Assembly (NCBI GenBank): GCA_964304625.1
Contig: OZ199840.1
Coordinates: 6,978,336-7,042,335 of the forward strand
DNA: 64,000 nt
Source: Kudoa neothunni
Lineage: Eukaryota; Animalia; Cnidaria
Direction of reading: 5' to 3'
Shown here in pieces: positions 25,198-39,012 of this stretch (position 1 is its first letter; each line of letters begins with the position of its first letter). Under the pieces are notes generated by a model. The model worked only from the letters and a program-made list of their open reading frames with translations. It had not been told where the DNA came from and ran no database searches. Made by a program: the position numbers and the translations under genes.

Positions 25198-28055
25198 CCC
25201 TCCCTGTACCAACTTATAAAAAATTGCGCGTGTGCCCAACTGGGGTATTTGCGTACCCCAGATAAAAAATACTTTAAACTTATTCAAAATATATATAATT
25301 CATTTATCGAGTCATGATTACAGCATCGAAATATGTGTACCTATTTACATATTTATTGGCACAAATAATATAAGTTAAATAAAACTATCGGCAATGCCAT
25401 AATCCTTGAGGTTACCAATAACTGATAGTAAACACGACGTATCCGCCACCATTTGATGCACGGTTTTCGGTTAGACTCGGCTTCCATCACTATAAAAAGA
25501 AGGAGTAAAAATTAAATAACTTAACGCCTTCATGATTGCACCAAACATAAAGTATTAAATGTTCTATGCTAATGGCTATAAAATGAGCATGAATAAGGTT
25601 TTCATTTGTTATTAATATATAAAGGATATGCCACACCCATGATATCACGGGTGATTAATCCCGAGCTTGAAATGAAAATTGACCCAAATAAAATTCGAGC
25701 GGCTTACATGAAAATACAAAAATTTATTGCTCGAGATATATATGTGCAGACATTATCATTAACTTTATTTTTTGTTGTATTATGGATGTTAATTTTGCCA
25801 ATTAACGCATAAATTAAAAGTCGTTTTTTAGACTTAATGTAATTGCCCCCATCGTTTGTATTTTTCTCGGAAAACTGTACCTAAGCATATTATGATAATA
25901 AAAAAATAATAGAATTTAATCTAAAAGATTCCAACAATCAGGACATTGAATAATATTATGTTTTCGATGTTTTACATACAAAAATTTGACAACTGAAACA
26001 TGCTATGTTGGTTTTCTTATCCTTATTTCGTGGGCAAAAGTGGCATCTATTTCTCTTCATTTGCTGCATGCAATTTTCTTGGCAGTCGATAGAGTTGGTG
26101 TTTGTTGTAGATTTATCAAAAAATTGAAACCCGTATTTTTATGACTTTGTAAGGTGGTGGAATTCTTTTGGCGACTTACTACATTTGGAGTTGCCAACTG
26201 AACAGCAAGCTCACGGAGGAAATGCTGTCTTTTGCTCCTATCATTCTTCCTCCATTCAGGATTTTGCTTGGTCCATACAATGTAGGCATTCAATGAGGAC
26301 ATATCAATGATATTCATAAATATCTTGAGCGGCCACCTACGGGTAGCCCGTGAACAGGAGTATGACATGGTCATTTTATCCCCACCGTCCACCCCGCCTT
26401 TTGTCTTATTGTAGTGTAATATCACAGCTGGCCTTTTTCGATAACTATCTTCGATCGATGTGTCGTGATGTTTGGTAGACAAAATATTAACTGAATAATT
26501 CTTCTTCGGAACATACGAAGTTAATGTTAAATCACCACAAAATCCGAATATCGAAGAGAACACCTCCCTTGCGGGCGATTTTAGAAACTCTTTGGGAATG
26601 TCTAGCTTGTTTGATCTGATGGTCCCAATTAAGGTAAGCTTTTCTTTTAGGAGTTTTGTTGCAAGAGGAACTGACGTAAAAAAGTTGTCAACTGTTACAC
26701 CTCGACTAGTTCCAAAAAAGGTGTAACAACTCTTTCAGCTTGATTCACATCCCTTGTTCCATTAACTTTTCCTGTATATGGCTGAAGATTTAGAATGTAT
26801 GACGTTTCTACATCCACAGCAACCCAAAGCTTAATGCAGTATCTTCCAGGTTTGTTTTTAATGTACACTCCGAAGGGGCATCTACCGCGAAACCTAACCA
26901 ACCTATCGTCGACGGTAATGAATGGTCCTGGGGAGTATTATTTTTGACAGTTTTCATTAAACAAAGAAAACATCTGACGGCAAGGTTCAAATTTATCGTT
27001 TGTTATTTGAAAACGATCAGCTCTAGTCGATTTGTCATCGAACCGAAGTGTACGGTAGATATAGGAAAATCGGTTCCTTGGCATCGCAGAAGAGAAGAAC
27101 AATTGTTTAAATAGTGGATGGATATCCCAAGCATTTCGCAAAGAGAGCATCCTGCCATTTGAACGTCCAGCGGCAATCAAAACACTAACAAATGCTATAA
27201 TTTCGTCAGTGGAAATTGTTGCATGACCTTCTGGATTAGTTTCTTCACAATATTTATTTGTATATCTTGTTATTTCATCAATGATAGTAGTCGACAAAAA
27301 TAAAAAGAACGAGTCGGAAACAGTTAGTATATTTTTAGCTTCTCCCAAAACACCTGATTGAGTACTTACGATATTACGAGAACGGGTTCTAGTGTTTGTG
27401 CGGGTCTCAGTGGACCATTGAAGACCAGAACGGGCAATAAAAACCGAACCAACAGTATCATCCATATCAGCAAAAACAGAATCATTCGAAAACTCGTCTT
27501 CCTCCTCAGAGTCGCTTAAAATAAAGTCTTCTTCGTTTGAATTATCCGATTCAGAAATATCATAATCGGTTGAATCGTCCTCACCTGTAGAAGAAGTATC
27601 CTCTATAAGTTTTTCTATATTTTCGTAATTTATTTCATTAACCATACTAAACAAAAAATTATTTAAAAAGTCAATTTTAACACAGTCACTTCAACGTTTA
27701 CAAGAAAACGCGGCACATAAGCGGATTAATCATCGTTAATCCCACGGCCAGGCCTCTTTTAGGTCTATATCACTCTTTTGGGCGAATTTGTATTTTTGTA
27801 TTAATATTTTTTAGTATAAAATGTTATATAAAAGTTAAATTAAACGACTAATTAATATCTGAAGATACTTGTTAAATACATCATTATTTATTTTGTATAT
27901 TACGAAGTATTGGAAAAAATTTTTTTACCTGAATATAGGAAATAATATACTAAAAGTATTCTTAAAACCGTAGGAAAATATAATCCAATAGTCTAGAGTT
28001 ATAAACAAAAAAGTGGATTTGGGGTATCTTAATACCCCAGTTGGTACTGGGAGGG
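25198..28055 (-). mobile_element. Full-length piggyBac element with TTAA TSDs
   Basis: TTAA|CCCTCCCTGTACCAAC ... GTTGGTACTGGGAGGG|TTAA (15/16 TIR match), with subterminal ggggta..tacccc palindromes. Confidence 0.93.
25921..27645 (-). pseudogene. piggyBac transposase, frameshifted
   Basis: Acidic N-terminus, MPRNRF..LRFDD, FRGRCPF..KPGRY, YNKTKGGVD..D, RRWP, and a C-terminal Cys-rich domain (RCHFCPR..CFSC..C). Breaks near 26938, 26695 and 26057. Confidence 0.9.
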
Positions 28056-28592
28056 TTAAATATATAACGTTATACCGTACAAACTATATTGATGAAATTG
28101 AAAACCTTATGATATTATAAACAACAAAATGAATAATTCGTTACCTACTTATAATTAGATTATAAATAAGTCAAACATAAATTATTTAATGTTGATTTGT
28201 ACAAATATATTCACTACTTTGAGGAACGATCCGTGATAACTATAATTCATAGTTAATGTATTGCATAATCATATTGATTATCAAGACTGAGAAACAATTG
28301 TGAGTCAAAAATTAAAAATTTGTTTTTCTTAAAAAATTTCATAATCTAATTTCATTTATAAGGAAAAATTATTTTTTCATCAATAAAGCCTTAACGGTAA
28401 ATCACAAACATATATTTTAATTTATTATCATTAAACGAAAATACGCGAGAAATCTCAAATATATTTATTGCAAATATAATTTTAATTTTATAGTTAATAC
28501 TAATCTGGTAAAATCTAAAGTTTTCTTAAGTTTTTTGACAAATAGCAGTATATAAAAGATGAGAGGAATCAAAACACAAATATTTTGTTTCG

Positions 28593-29741
28593 CTAGCTAT
28601 TATTTAATTGGTAAATAGTAGCGATCGCTGTTAAAATATATTCGAAAAAATTCCAATATCCTTTATAAATGGAACGCGACCATGATTCATATAGGTAGGA
28701 ATCCAGCTGATTTCGTGGCACACCGCTCATTTTCCGAATGAGTTTTGTTTTGAGATGATGCCACACGACCTCGACCGTATTAGTATGGTAACCCTCTGGA
28801 GTGACATACTCTTTAGAGTGATTAACGGTTATATGGTTATAGCCGTAAATTCGGAGAGAGGTGTACCCCAACCACTCGTCAGTATAGATTGTAGACCCGT
28901 TTTCAACTTCCTGTAAGGCGAGTTGGGTCAACGTTCGTTTATCCCTTTTTTGGACAATAAAAAATCTTGATTCTAACAATTTGCGTTTGCCATCTTCATC
29001 GACAGAACATTCGCAAATGCCAACAACCCAAGGGCCGTTTATTCTGTAACCATACCTTTCATTTCTCCGCTGACGTCTCAAAGGAGTCGCTCCACGGAAT
29101 AACCTACTCCTTAAGAAATAGTTAGGGGTGGCCAACCATCTGTCCATGCTTAAAAATCTTCCCCGGTTGTTTTTACGGCGACCTCTTAATAAACATTCGT
29201 CAATTTCGACGATTCGATTTTCTCCGCCCATTTTCTCGCTTCGTTGGAACATTTTATAACAAATATTCCTCAACGCTGAATACCAAAATGTAACGGTTTT
29301 CTCGGTTATTTGAGTTAATGCTGCCACCCTGCATCTTTGTTCTTCAATACACCAAAGGTATATTAACTCAAATAGCTAAGACACTGCTAATTTGGATACA
29401 TTCGTCCCCATCGCGTTATTGATGCCAAAGAAGGTAGAGGCCCCGGGTGAAAAATGCGTCATACAATCACTCCTAAAATTAATATTTTAAAAACTATACA
29501 TAAAATAAAAGTACTTTGAACATGTATACGAGTATTTCTCAATATCATCGTCACAAAGATCGATTGAAGTATTGTTTCTTTTTCTCGTTGTAACTTGGAG
29601 GCGTAGAGTGTTATACCTGTGGCAATTCTTGCACCGATCAGGCGTTTTTTGTAATAGACCCTTATTCGCTAGGTAAGTAAATAGAGTACTCACATTAAAC
29701 AAAAGTTTATAAAATTGACGCTGAAGTGAAAAATCCGCCAT
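28593..29741 (-). pseudogene. Merlin transposase (type A) with a 42-bp intron; one internal TAG
   Basis: Exon 29741-29515 (CKNC..YTCSK), intron 29473-29514, then SDCMTHF... with one TAG at ~29376, IVEIDECLL, IYTDEWLGY, HTNTVEVVW. Confidence 0.88.
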
Positions 29742-29902
29742 CGAAAAAACTTTTGTTAATCGGATTAAATTATAAAAACATATAAATTTTTAAATTTAAC
29801 GTGAGATATATATATAGCAGTTACTATTACATCTATAATTATCGAAAATTCAAAACACCACTAAATAAAATATCTCCTATCCTGTGTGACTCTTTTATCG
29901 CG

Positions 29903-30150
29903 AGAACATATTCGATTATGTTATAAAAATTAAAAATATAAATTTCATGAGTTATTTATGACAAATTAGGCCAAAAAAGGTTATGAAAAGGTATGCGCAC
30001 TGTCCGATTGTTGCCGAAGTGTGATTTTTTTGCAACTCTTTAGAATAAAAATTTTGGTCTGATTTGTGATCACTCAATATTTTAAAAATATTGTAAATTA
30101 AATTATAAAACAATCGGGAATACGCGTGCACGGGAAGATGCCGAATTTTT
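29903..30150. repeat. Right arm of the inverted duplication of 24796-25043
   Basis: Direct sequence comparison. It ends just after the ATGCCGAATTTTT start of the type-B Merlin ORF. Confidence 0.92.
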
Positions 30151-30286
30151 ATCAATTAAAATCAATAACGATGTTGCGCCTTTACTTTATGTAACAATTT
30201 AAATTATTAAGGTTCATACTTAGGGGATGCACAACTGTTCATAATAGAGAATGTATTATAATTTATGCCGGATAAAAGGATACTAA

Positions 30287-32153
30287 CCTCCATTGCAGTG
30301 GTTTTCAACTTGTTTGGAACCGCCGAACCCCAAAGAGATTAAAATTTTTTCGTGGATCCCACATATAAAATTACACCTTAATAAAATACAAGTTTTAAAA
30401 TTTGTACGCGCGCTCACCAAAAAAATAATGGAGATATTTTCAAAGTTTATTTTGTATTCAAAATAAGTTAAAACTAATATGGTATTTGTGGTTGGTGACT
30501 TCGTATTTCAGCTACAATATTTGGATATTTTTTGTCTCGATGTTAAAGCGTTGAATAGAAAGCGATAACTTTTTGTATATTGTTCATAAATGAAAGCAAG
30601 CGTGGGTCATTCACTTTCTGTTGTTTTAATTGCGACAGAACAATACGATCCCTGATATCGCAACATGCTTTCTATGCAAAAATTTTTTAAAGGAAAATGC
30701 AAAAAATTTTTTAAAGGAAAATAGACGAATCGATAGCAAAATTTAATGAAATTCGGCCCTCTTGCATTCAAAAACGAACTCGGATTATTGGGATCACCAT
30801 TATCAGCATTCAGTGGGGTTTTAACAAATTAAAAGGTTTAAAATCTTTATTATTAAAATTATTCCCAAATTGAGGGTACTTGTTATGAGAATAAAAATCA
30901 ATTAAAATGGACGAATTCGTTCATATTCGACATCGCCAAACATATCAGCAACATATATTTAAATTTAGATGCCAATAAAAAAATTTCATATGTATTTCCG
31001 TCGCGGAACCTCAGTTGAAAACCACTGCTCTAATGAATTTGGGGTAAATTTTTACCCCGACGAGAAATTAATGATGTGTATGCGTGATTTTTTTGCTCCT
31101 CATAAGATATGAGTTTTTTCTAATTATACGAAAAAATTTGTGATACATGATTTTAAAATGTTATGGGCTAAAAATATAAAATAAGAAAAATTACATCAAG
31201 TCTACACTCGAATGAATTTTTGGGGGTAAAAAATTACCCCAGATTTTGTTCATTCCAATTGATAGATAGAAGAATAATTATCACATAAATCAAATTATAG
31301 ATATATATAAAGAATAAATTTGAAGTTATACAGTTATTACCCTTATCTGTAATCACGTGACTTGCATTCTTTATTTTGTCATAGCGATAATGGAGATGGA
31401 TTTCACCAGTAGTAGTTAAAATGATGACCGAATCCTTTAAAATTATCATGAATACTTTACAACTGAAAGGTCGTAAGAATCTGACGAGATTGAAAACTTT
31501 GAGAATTCAGATCAATCCCGAATCAATAATGACGACATATGGTGCTTGTTTTTCTATCTAATGGATTTATTATTTATAAATGCGTTTTCCATATTCAAAA
31601 AAAACTTGGGAGATAATATGGTTAGGAGAAAAATTTTGAAAACAAGGCAAAGTTATTATTTCTTTCCATTAATGGAAAGAAACATCCGTGAAGCCCAAAA
31701 TCCTAAGAGCTCAACCTTATCTATTCTGTTAAAACTCTGCACACCAAAAAAATGGGCAATATTTTAAAAGTTTGAATGTTTTTACGGAAAATTGATAAGA
31801 TACCCCATTACTGCTTGTTTCAGATGTATGTAACTGTTGCAAAATTCATTCTGAGTGTTTGCGAGTCTTATTCTCATTAAATGTTCTATTTTGTTACGCA
31901 TATAATAATTAAAGTATTTATTACATGATATAAATGTGAAATATACTCAAACATTAAGCTTTAATCAAAAATTTCCATTGCTGATTGTAACGAATACAAT
32001 TTTCGTGGGATTATGAGGAATATTACTCGGATGTTAGTCGTTTTACAGCTGAATGTAGCCGTGGGGTTTTGCCAATTTTTATTTTCTGAAATAAAATATT
32101 TTTTTGCTCCAAAATTCACCGGAATGCAGTCGATTTTTAGTACATTAGGGGGG
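30287..32153 (+). mobile_element. Internally deleted piggyBac derivative with a hAT MITE inserted in its left TIR
   Basis: Right end cattagggggg|TTAA. The left end reconstitutes as cctc(t)aatg once the MITE is removed. ggggta..tacccc palindromes at ~31040 and ~31222. CLFFYLMDLLFINAFSIF at ~31545 resembles a piggyBac C-terminus. Confidence 0.55.
30296..31027. mobile_element. hAT non-autonomous element
   Basis: Perfect TIR CAGTGGTTTTCAAC / GTTGAAAACCACTG. 8-bp flanks ctccattg / ctctaatg (6/8, degenerate TSD). Confidence 0.85.
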
Positions 32154-32200
32154 TTAATTTGAGCAACAAAAAAAATTTGTTGTAGGTTATATTTTAGCTA

Positions 32201-33961
32201 CAGTCGAGATTGGATATTGCGTGATTCGGTATTGCGTAATTTAAGATTTTCGATATGAAGATATTTACATTGGGACTTAATTTTAGAGCTATTATTCATT
32301 ATTTTATTTATTGAATTAATTATATAGAATAAAAATAAAAAAATATTTTTTCTACGTGCCTCTGATTTAGTATTGCGTAACGTAAATTACCAACGTGACT
32401 TGATATTGGCGTGATTTCATCTTCAATATATCCAGGGGAGCAGCGTGAAATTTCTGAGACAATTAGAATGATACAATATTACAATTCAATAAAATCAATA
32501 AAGGGGCGCAAAGAAAATGACGGTTGAAAAGTTTAAACTTAATGGTATGATTATTTTTAATCGATAACAATTTATTTTTTAAAGAACATTCAACGCTTGA
32601 CAGAATTCCTTTCTCATGAAACCAAGCTGAAAAATTCAGATGTTGCAGGAAATAGGAAGAGGCATTCAAATGGAAGATTTATCAACATAGACGAAGAAGT
32701 TTATCAATGGTTTATCAAAAAAACGCACCAATGGTCACATTATTTCTGGTGACGTAATACTTGAAAATAGCCACCATAATTGCCAGAAAGAATGAAGTTC
32801 AAAATTTTAAAGCAAGCAGGGGTTGGCTGGCGGGGGTTTAAAAAAGGTTTGGAATCATTTTCATGGTGAAGTTGCGAGCGCTAACGTCGCGTCTATTGAT
32901 TCGTGGATCTACGAAAATAAAAATTTGATAAGCATATACAGCCCAAAAAATATAATCAATATTGACGAAACTGGTTTGTTTGATGAGAAATTACAGAACA
33001 GTAGTTATTTATTAAAAGAAGAAAATGACATTAAAGGTAAAAAGCTATCGAAAAAAAGAATAACGATCTTGGTATCGTGCTCTTTAAGCGGAGAAAAGTT
33101 GCCCTTAGTCGTAATTGGGAAATACCAAAACCCCAGGTGCTTCAAGGGGGTAAAAAATTTACCTTATGAGTATTATGCCCAAAGATATCACTTGCTTTAG
33201 TAATATAAAGTTTTTCTTCTTACCTAAAAATACTACAAGTGTTTTACAGCCACTCGATCTCGGAGTTATTAATTGTCTTAAAAGTAGATATAAAAAAATA
33301 TTGTGTAGCCATATGGCATTATGTGATGATTCGTTAAATAATAAATTTACATTACTTAATGCAATTTTGACACTCCAAGAAGCATGGAACAGTATTCCAC
33401 CTGAAATTATTGTCAACTATTTTAAAAAGTCGGGCATATTTAGCGAAAGTAAAAGCTAATGCGAACTTCAAAAATTAATCCATTATCATAGGAGATACAG
33501 AGACGGAAACAAATGATAAAATTTTCGAAGATGAACAGAGTATAAATATACAATAAAATTTTAACATTTTATAGTCGAGGAGGAAACATGGGAGACCAAC
33601 TTTGATGATGATAACGGCGATGTCTTATATCAACAGTGAATCCAATTCAGAATGAAATCGAATCTGATGAGGAAGAACCAAAAGTTCCAATAAAAGATAT
33701 AAAGCATGCCGTAAGTACATTAAGGAAGGTGTTTATTCAGGAAGATCCATCTGGACTCATCGATCTTTATCCGATAATGGATCGAATTTTAAAAATATCA
33801 TCTCAAAGATGGCACCAAACTAAAATTACTTCATTTTTTCATAAAAATTAATAATTTTATCTGGTTGAGTTAAATAAAATTCCTTATATTTATTTTATTT
33901 CACTAGCAATGATTTAAAGTAGGATAAACGCACAAAACAAGTTTAAATCGGATCTCGGCTG
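32201..33961 (+). mobile_element. Tigger/pogo element, decayed transposase
   Basis: TA|CAGTCGAGAT ... ATCTCGGCTG|TA. NIDETGLF, KRITILVSCSLSGEKLP, FLPKNTTSVLQPLDLGVI, Q.KITSFF C-terminus. Internal deletion at ~33180. Confidence 0.88.
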
Positions 33962-34062
33962 TAATAAGTTTTAAATAATAACAATGTACCAGTTTTTAGC
34001 AGTTAAAATTCCTATAAACATTTAAAAAATTTGGCGGCACGTTGCGCAACATAATCAATACA

Positions 34063-35202
34063 ATGGTGGTGATCCTAAGTCAGTGCCAATTTTATAGCCT
34101 GTTACTTAATCAAGAAAAGTTAATAAAATATTTAGTAGACAAAAACTTACTTCAAAAACCTGAAAGATGTAAAAACTGCCGTCGACGTAATAGTTTAAAA
34201 CTTAAGGTTGTAAAACGAACAATAAACAATAATTCTATGGATGATTTGTTCATCAAAAACTGCGATAAATTTTCATATATATGTTCAAAGTAATATAATT
34301 AATATATTATGATTTATTCTTGTAAAGTAGAAACTGCAAAACGCATTTTTCACCTCAAACTTCTACTTTTTTTCTATAACCAACGCATATGGTTATAACT
34401 CATCAAATCTAACCATTCAGGAAATACTTGAACTACTATATCTTTGGTATTTTGAGGAACAAAGATGTAAGACAATCAGTCTATCACAAATTTCGGGCAC
34501 TACAATAACGTATTGGTATGCGAAAATTCGAAACATTTTGACACGTTTTAATCGTCGCGAAAAATTTGGAGGTCCAAACAAAGTCATCGAAATCGATGAA
34601 TGTCTTCTAAGGGATAAACACAAGAATAACAGAGGACATTTTTTAGAGTTGATAAGTGGAAAAATGCCCCTAATGAAACATACATCCCTAGCGAATCAGA
34701 GGACGACGATTCTGATGCCACCGATTCTTCATCAGTCGTTGAACGCTACGGTAACCGTATTGAAGGTCTATGGGTGGTCGGTATTTGCGAATGCTCCATC
34801 AACGACGATGGAAAGAGGACCCTTTTGGAATCTAGATTCTTTGTTGTTGAGATAAGGGACATAGAAACTTTAATCCCGTTAATACTACACGAAGTGGAAC
34901 CTGGATCAACAATCTTTACCGATGAATGGAAAGCTTATTGACCACTTGGAAATTGTGGATTTTCTCATATAAGCCTAAACCACTCTTTAAACTATGTTAG
35001 CAGAGAAGGTTACCATACGAATACTGTAGAAGTAGTATGGCATCACCTCAAAACGAAAATTTTACGAAAAATGAGTGGTGTGCCAAAACATTTACTGGAT
35101 TTCTATCTACAAGAAGAGTGGCTACGTTCTAAATACCCTAATTATTGGGAGCTGCTCGATTATATACTCAACGAAATAGTCGTGCAATATCCACTTAGTT
35201 GA
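34063..35202 (+). pseudogene. Merlin transposase (type A), intron-containing, frameshifted
   Basis: CKNC..YICSK, intron from 34290, VIEIDECLL, ERYGNRIEGLWVVGICECS, TIFTDEWKAY, HTNTVEVVW. Paralog of 28593-29741. Confidence 0.87.
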
Positions 35203-36965
35203 TTATAAAATGGAAAAAATATATGTTTTGTTTTAATTAATCTTTTCAATTTTTTAAAATCCGTACGAATGATAAATACGTTTAAATGTCTGATATTTAT
35301 TTATTTAAATTATAAATTTATATTAAACATCGGTACATAAATGGTGTTGTATATTGAATCAATAATTTAAAATGAGGAATGAATTATTTAGATTAGTGGT
35401 TTTTAAACCCTATCTCTAACAAACTTCTTCAAAATACAATACCTCTCATATAAATAATATTATTTAAATTTTGTTTCTTTTGTGTAAAATAGACGTTTTT
35501 ATTCAGTAATATACGAGTTATTCTAATGCTTAATAATACATTTTTGTGAATTTTTAAATAGTTTTTACATAAATTATATTAATTTCTTTGATTAAAGAAT
35601 TGCCGCAATCGATAATATTTAAATTTAAACAAATATTAGAATTTTATGAATATAAATATTATATTTTTTAAAATAGTCCATTAAAAGGGTATTGGCGGAA
35701 TTACACTCTTGAGATGATTTTTATGTATAATAATATCAATTTCACGTAAAGTACATATTGCCTAATCATAAATAATATATCTCAAAATGTTCAATGAAAT
35801 TATTTCTGTTCCCTTTGGTAGAAGAGCACAATAATTTTTCAAAATATTTAGTTAATATAAAATAAATTACCAAATCACTCTCGTTTTGGGGTAAAAATTT
35901 ATAAAGATTAGTTAAGAATACGAGGAAATTATTCATAATTTCAAATAACGCAAAGGCATACGTAATATTTCTATTAATTACATTAATAATTTGAAAATTC
36001 AAAAATTTAATTGAAATTATTAATAAAACCCTTTAATTGATTCAGAACATCCATTAAAATTTTATGGGCATCAGATTATAAACCTCAGATTTAAATAATT
36101 AATAGAGTTGGCGTTTGTTAAGATGATGTGTCCATAATATACGCTGTACTAATTTTTATCCGATTATTTAATTTTAAATGATCTATACAAACATTGACAT
36201 TAATCACAATATCAAACGCGTAAATTATTATATATGATTAGTAGTTCATCGCGAAAAGGTTGTTTAATTACCTTAAGTATCCAATAGGTAATATAGCATC
36301 AGATAAAATAAAATAGTTTGTTCTCCTTTAAATTATGAATAATACCGTAAATAAAGTAACGATTGCTGATGGAAGAAAAATTTATTGTAAAAAATGTATA
36401 AACTGTTAGACAACAGTTGAAAAATGATCACGGCATATTTGTTTTCCTCATATTCGATACATGAAACTATATATAATTTTTAAAAAAATAATAAAACTAG
36501 AAAATTTGAAATTGAATCGCATATCTTCAACTCAGAAATACCATCTTATTATAATGTATTTAATTTTCTAAAAATCTAATTTCATTATAATAATCGACGA
36601 CGAGAAGTATAATTTATAATATAATCGATTTAGACAACTAAATTAGTTCGAAAAATTGAGTAGGAGTCGACAGAAATATTAAATTCGTAAAGAAACCACA
36701 TGCGTAAAATCATGCGCGATGACCGAGGTGTGCCGAAGAGAATTTAGGTCAAATTTTTAGAATTGAGTTATATGGTTAATTAATGTATGGACCATAATTT
36801 AAAATTGTAAATATTCGAATCGGACTAATGTCAGTAAATTTGCATATGTGTAAGAGGCCGAATTTTGGGAGCAGCACACTATGCCTTACCAATTTTTGTT
36901 ATAAATAATGATAAAAAGTAGGGACATTATTCTACTATTCCGGACACAAACATTAAAGGGATTAT

Positions 36966-37860
36966 CATGGACGCAAATCTTGTACGGTAGTTGTGATAAT
37001 GGATTTGGACACGTTGTTTCGAAGTGTTGATACATGAGAAAACGCAATTAATTTCCTAAAATTGAGACGAATATTAAATCCAGATGCGCAAAAATTTCCC
37101 CGATGTTCTAGAACAATGAGTCTGATTAAAGACCGCGACTCATTTACATATCGATGCAGTCTGCACAGGATTAAAAACATATAAATATGGGTCAATTCTA
37201 GAAAATTCCAACATAAACGAGCGTTGTTTCATTAAGATGCTATATTGCTACTGCCAGTATCATGTCAAACGTGTCACCTACTACATCTGTGCAATGGTAC
37301 CAATATTTTAGGGACATATGCACCCATCACCTATTAGAGAACCCCTACCAAATAGGTGGAGTTGGCCATGTGGTGCAAATTGATGAATCGCTCATTGCGA
37401 AAAGAAAAAATAACATCGGGCATGTTGTAGAAGAAAGGTGGGTATTTGGTGGCTATGACCCCGTAAATAAACAGGGCTTCCCAACTTTCGTTCCAGATAG
37501 AACAGCTGCCACTCTTTTGTTTTATATTAAACAATTCATAAAACCCGGAATAGAAATTCATTCTGATCGCTGGTCGGCATACAATGGTATAACTAATGTG
37601 GATGTGGTTCCTCGTTATGTCCATAAACAAGTGAATCACAAAAAATATTTTAAGGATCCAATTACTGGTGTCCATACGAACCACGTAGAATGCTACTGGA
37701 AAAGTTGTAAGATAAAATTTAAACGTATGTCGGGAGTCCATTCTTCAATGGTGGAGTCTTAACTTTTTGAATTTCTCTGGAGAGAAAGATATGGGATAAC
37801 TCCCCAAGATAGATTCGACAATATTATTCAACACCTTACGGAATGGTATAGATTTAAAAA
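36966..37860 (+). pseudogene. Merlin transposase (type C), disrupted
   Basis: VVQIDESLIAKRK..WVFGG, IHSDRWSAY, VNH..GVHTNHVECYW. Fragmented N-terminal zinc-finger region; boundaries approximate. Confidence 0.83.
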
Positions 37861-39012
37861 AAAATTCATTTATTTGTTTTGATGTAATATGTGCTATTTA
37901 TTTTTCCCCTTTAAAGCTATTACGTCTATTCAAATTTTTAAAATTTTTGTATTGACATCTAAATTTAAATGTAGAAAGAAACATTCTTATAATTTTCTCT
38001 GATGTCATTACATAATTATTAAATTCGTGCATTTTATTGTTTTTAATATTTATATTTTTTAACATTTGGATACAAAAAATAATCTGTATAGTTCGGAATA
38101 TTGTCTTATTATTGTAATGATATTGTTGTTTTAAAAACTTGCATAAAATCTTAAAATGTGTTTTATGTTTTTGCCTAATAATCCTCTGAGGTTATAGGAA
38201 ATTAAAATGGAACAACGAAGAATTTTTAAAAATAATAAAGTCATTTATTCAATGGAAAGTATGTCGAAATTTTCCGATTAGGAAAGAATTAAACACTGTT
38301 TTTGTATTACAAATAATACACAATCTAAGATCCTTTAGAAATTGTCTAGTCATTTATAATAATTTTCCTTTTTTGAAAAGATTGAAAGTTCGACATTTAC
38401 ATTATTTGCTGTACATATGTCTCGCCACCAGGCTTAATGCAATTGTAGAGATAGACAATCGCAATATATATTGGCCCATCTGTATTATTTTTAAAATTCT
38501 TATAAAATTAATTTATGCATTAAACTTATAAAAACAATCAATGATTTGTGATTCAAGATACATATCGTTTATCAGCCAATATCAATCATCTTATAATCAC
38601 GTAACCTTTAACCTTTACGGGACGGTGCTCCGAAAATTGACATACATCCCGGTGTGGGGTCATTTTTGACCCCAGCGATTTTTTGTAATATAAATTCGGA
38701 TTCCAACAAAAATATTCAGCAATTTTAATATGTTGAAAATATTTAATATAAAAGTTTAAATAATTTTTCCATCATTGGGAAAAATGGGTTAAACCGTAGT
38801 AATTTGTTGGTTGACATGAACTGACCCACACAACCTACTAACCTCGTTCATCCATTACCGGTCAATGATTTTGCATTGGAATAGCGTGATTTGGGATAAA
38901 AGTTAAATACAACTAATTTTTGCCATATATATTTGAAGAACAAGGAAATCGCTCCGGTGGCAGATATCCGAAGATTTTCTGTTAATCTTCTCGTTGTAGG
39001 AATTGGATTATA

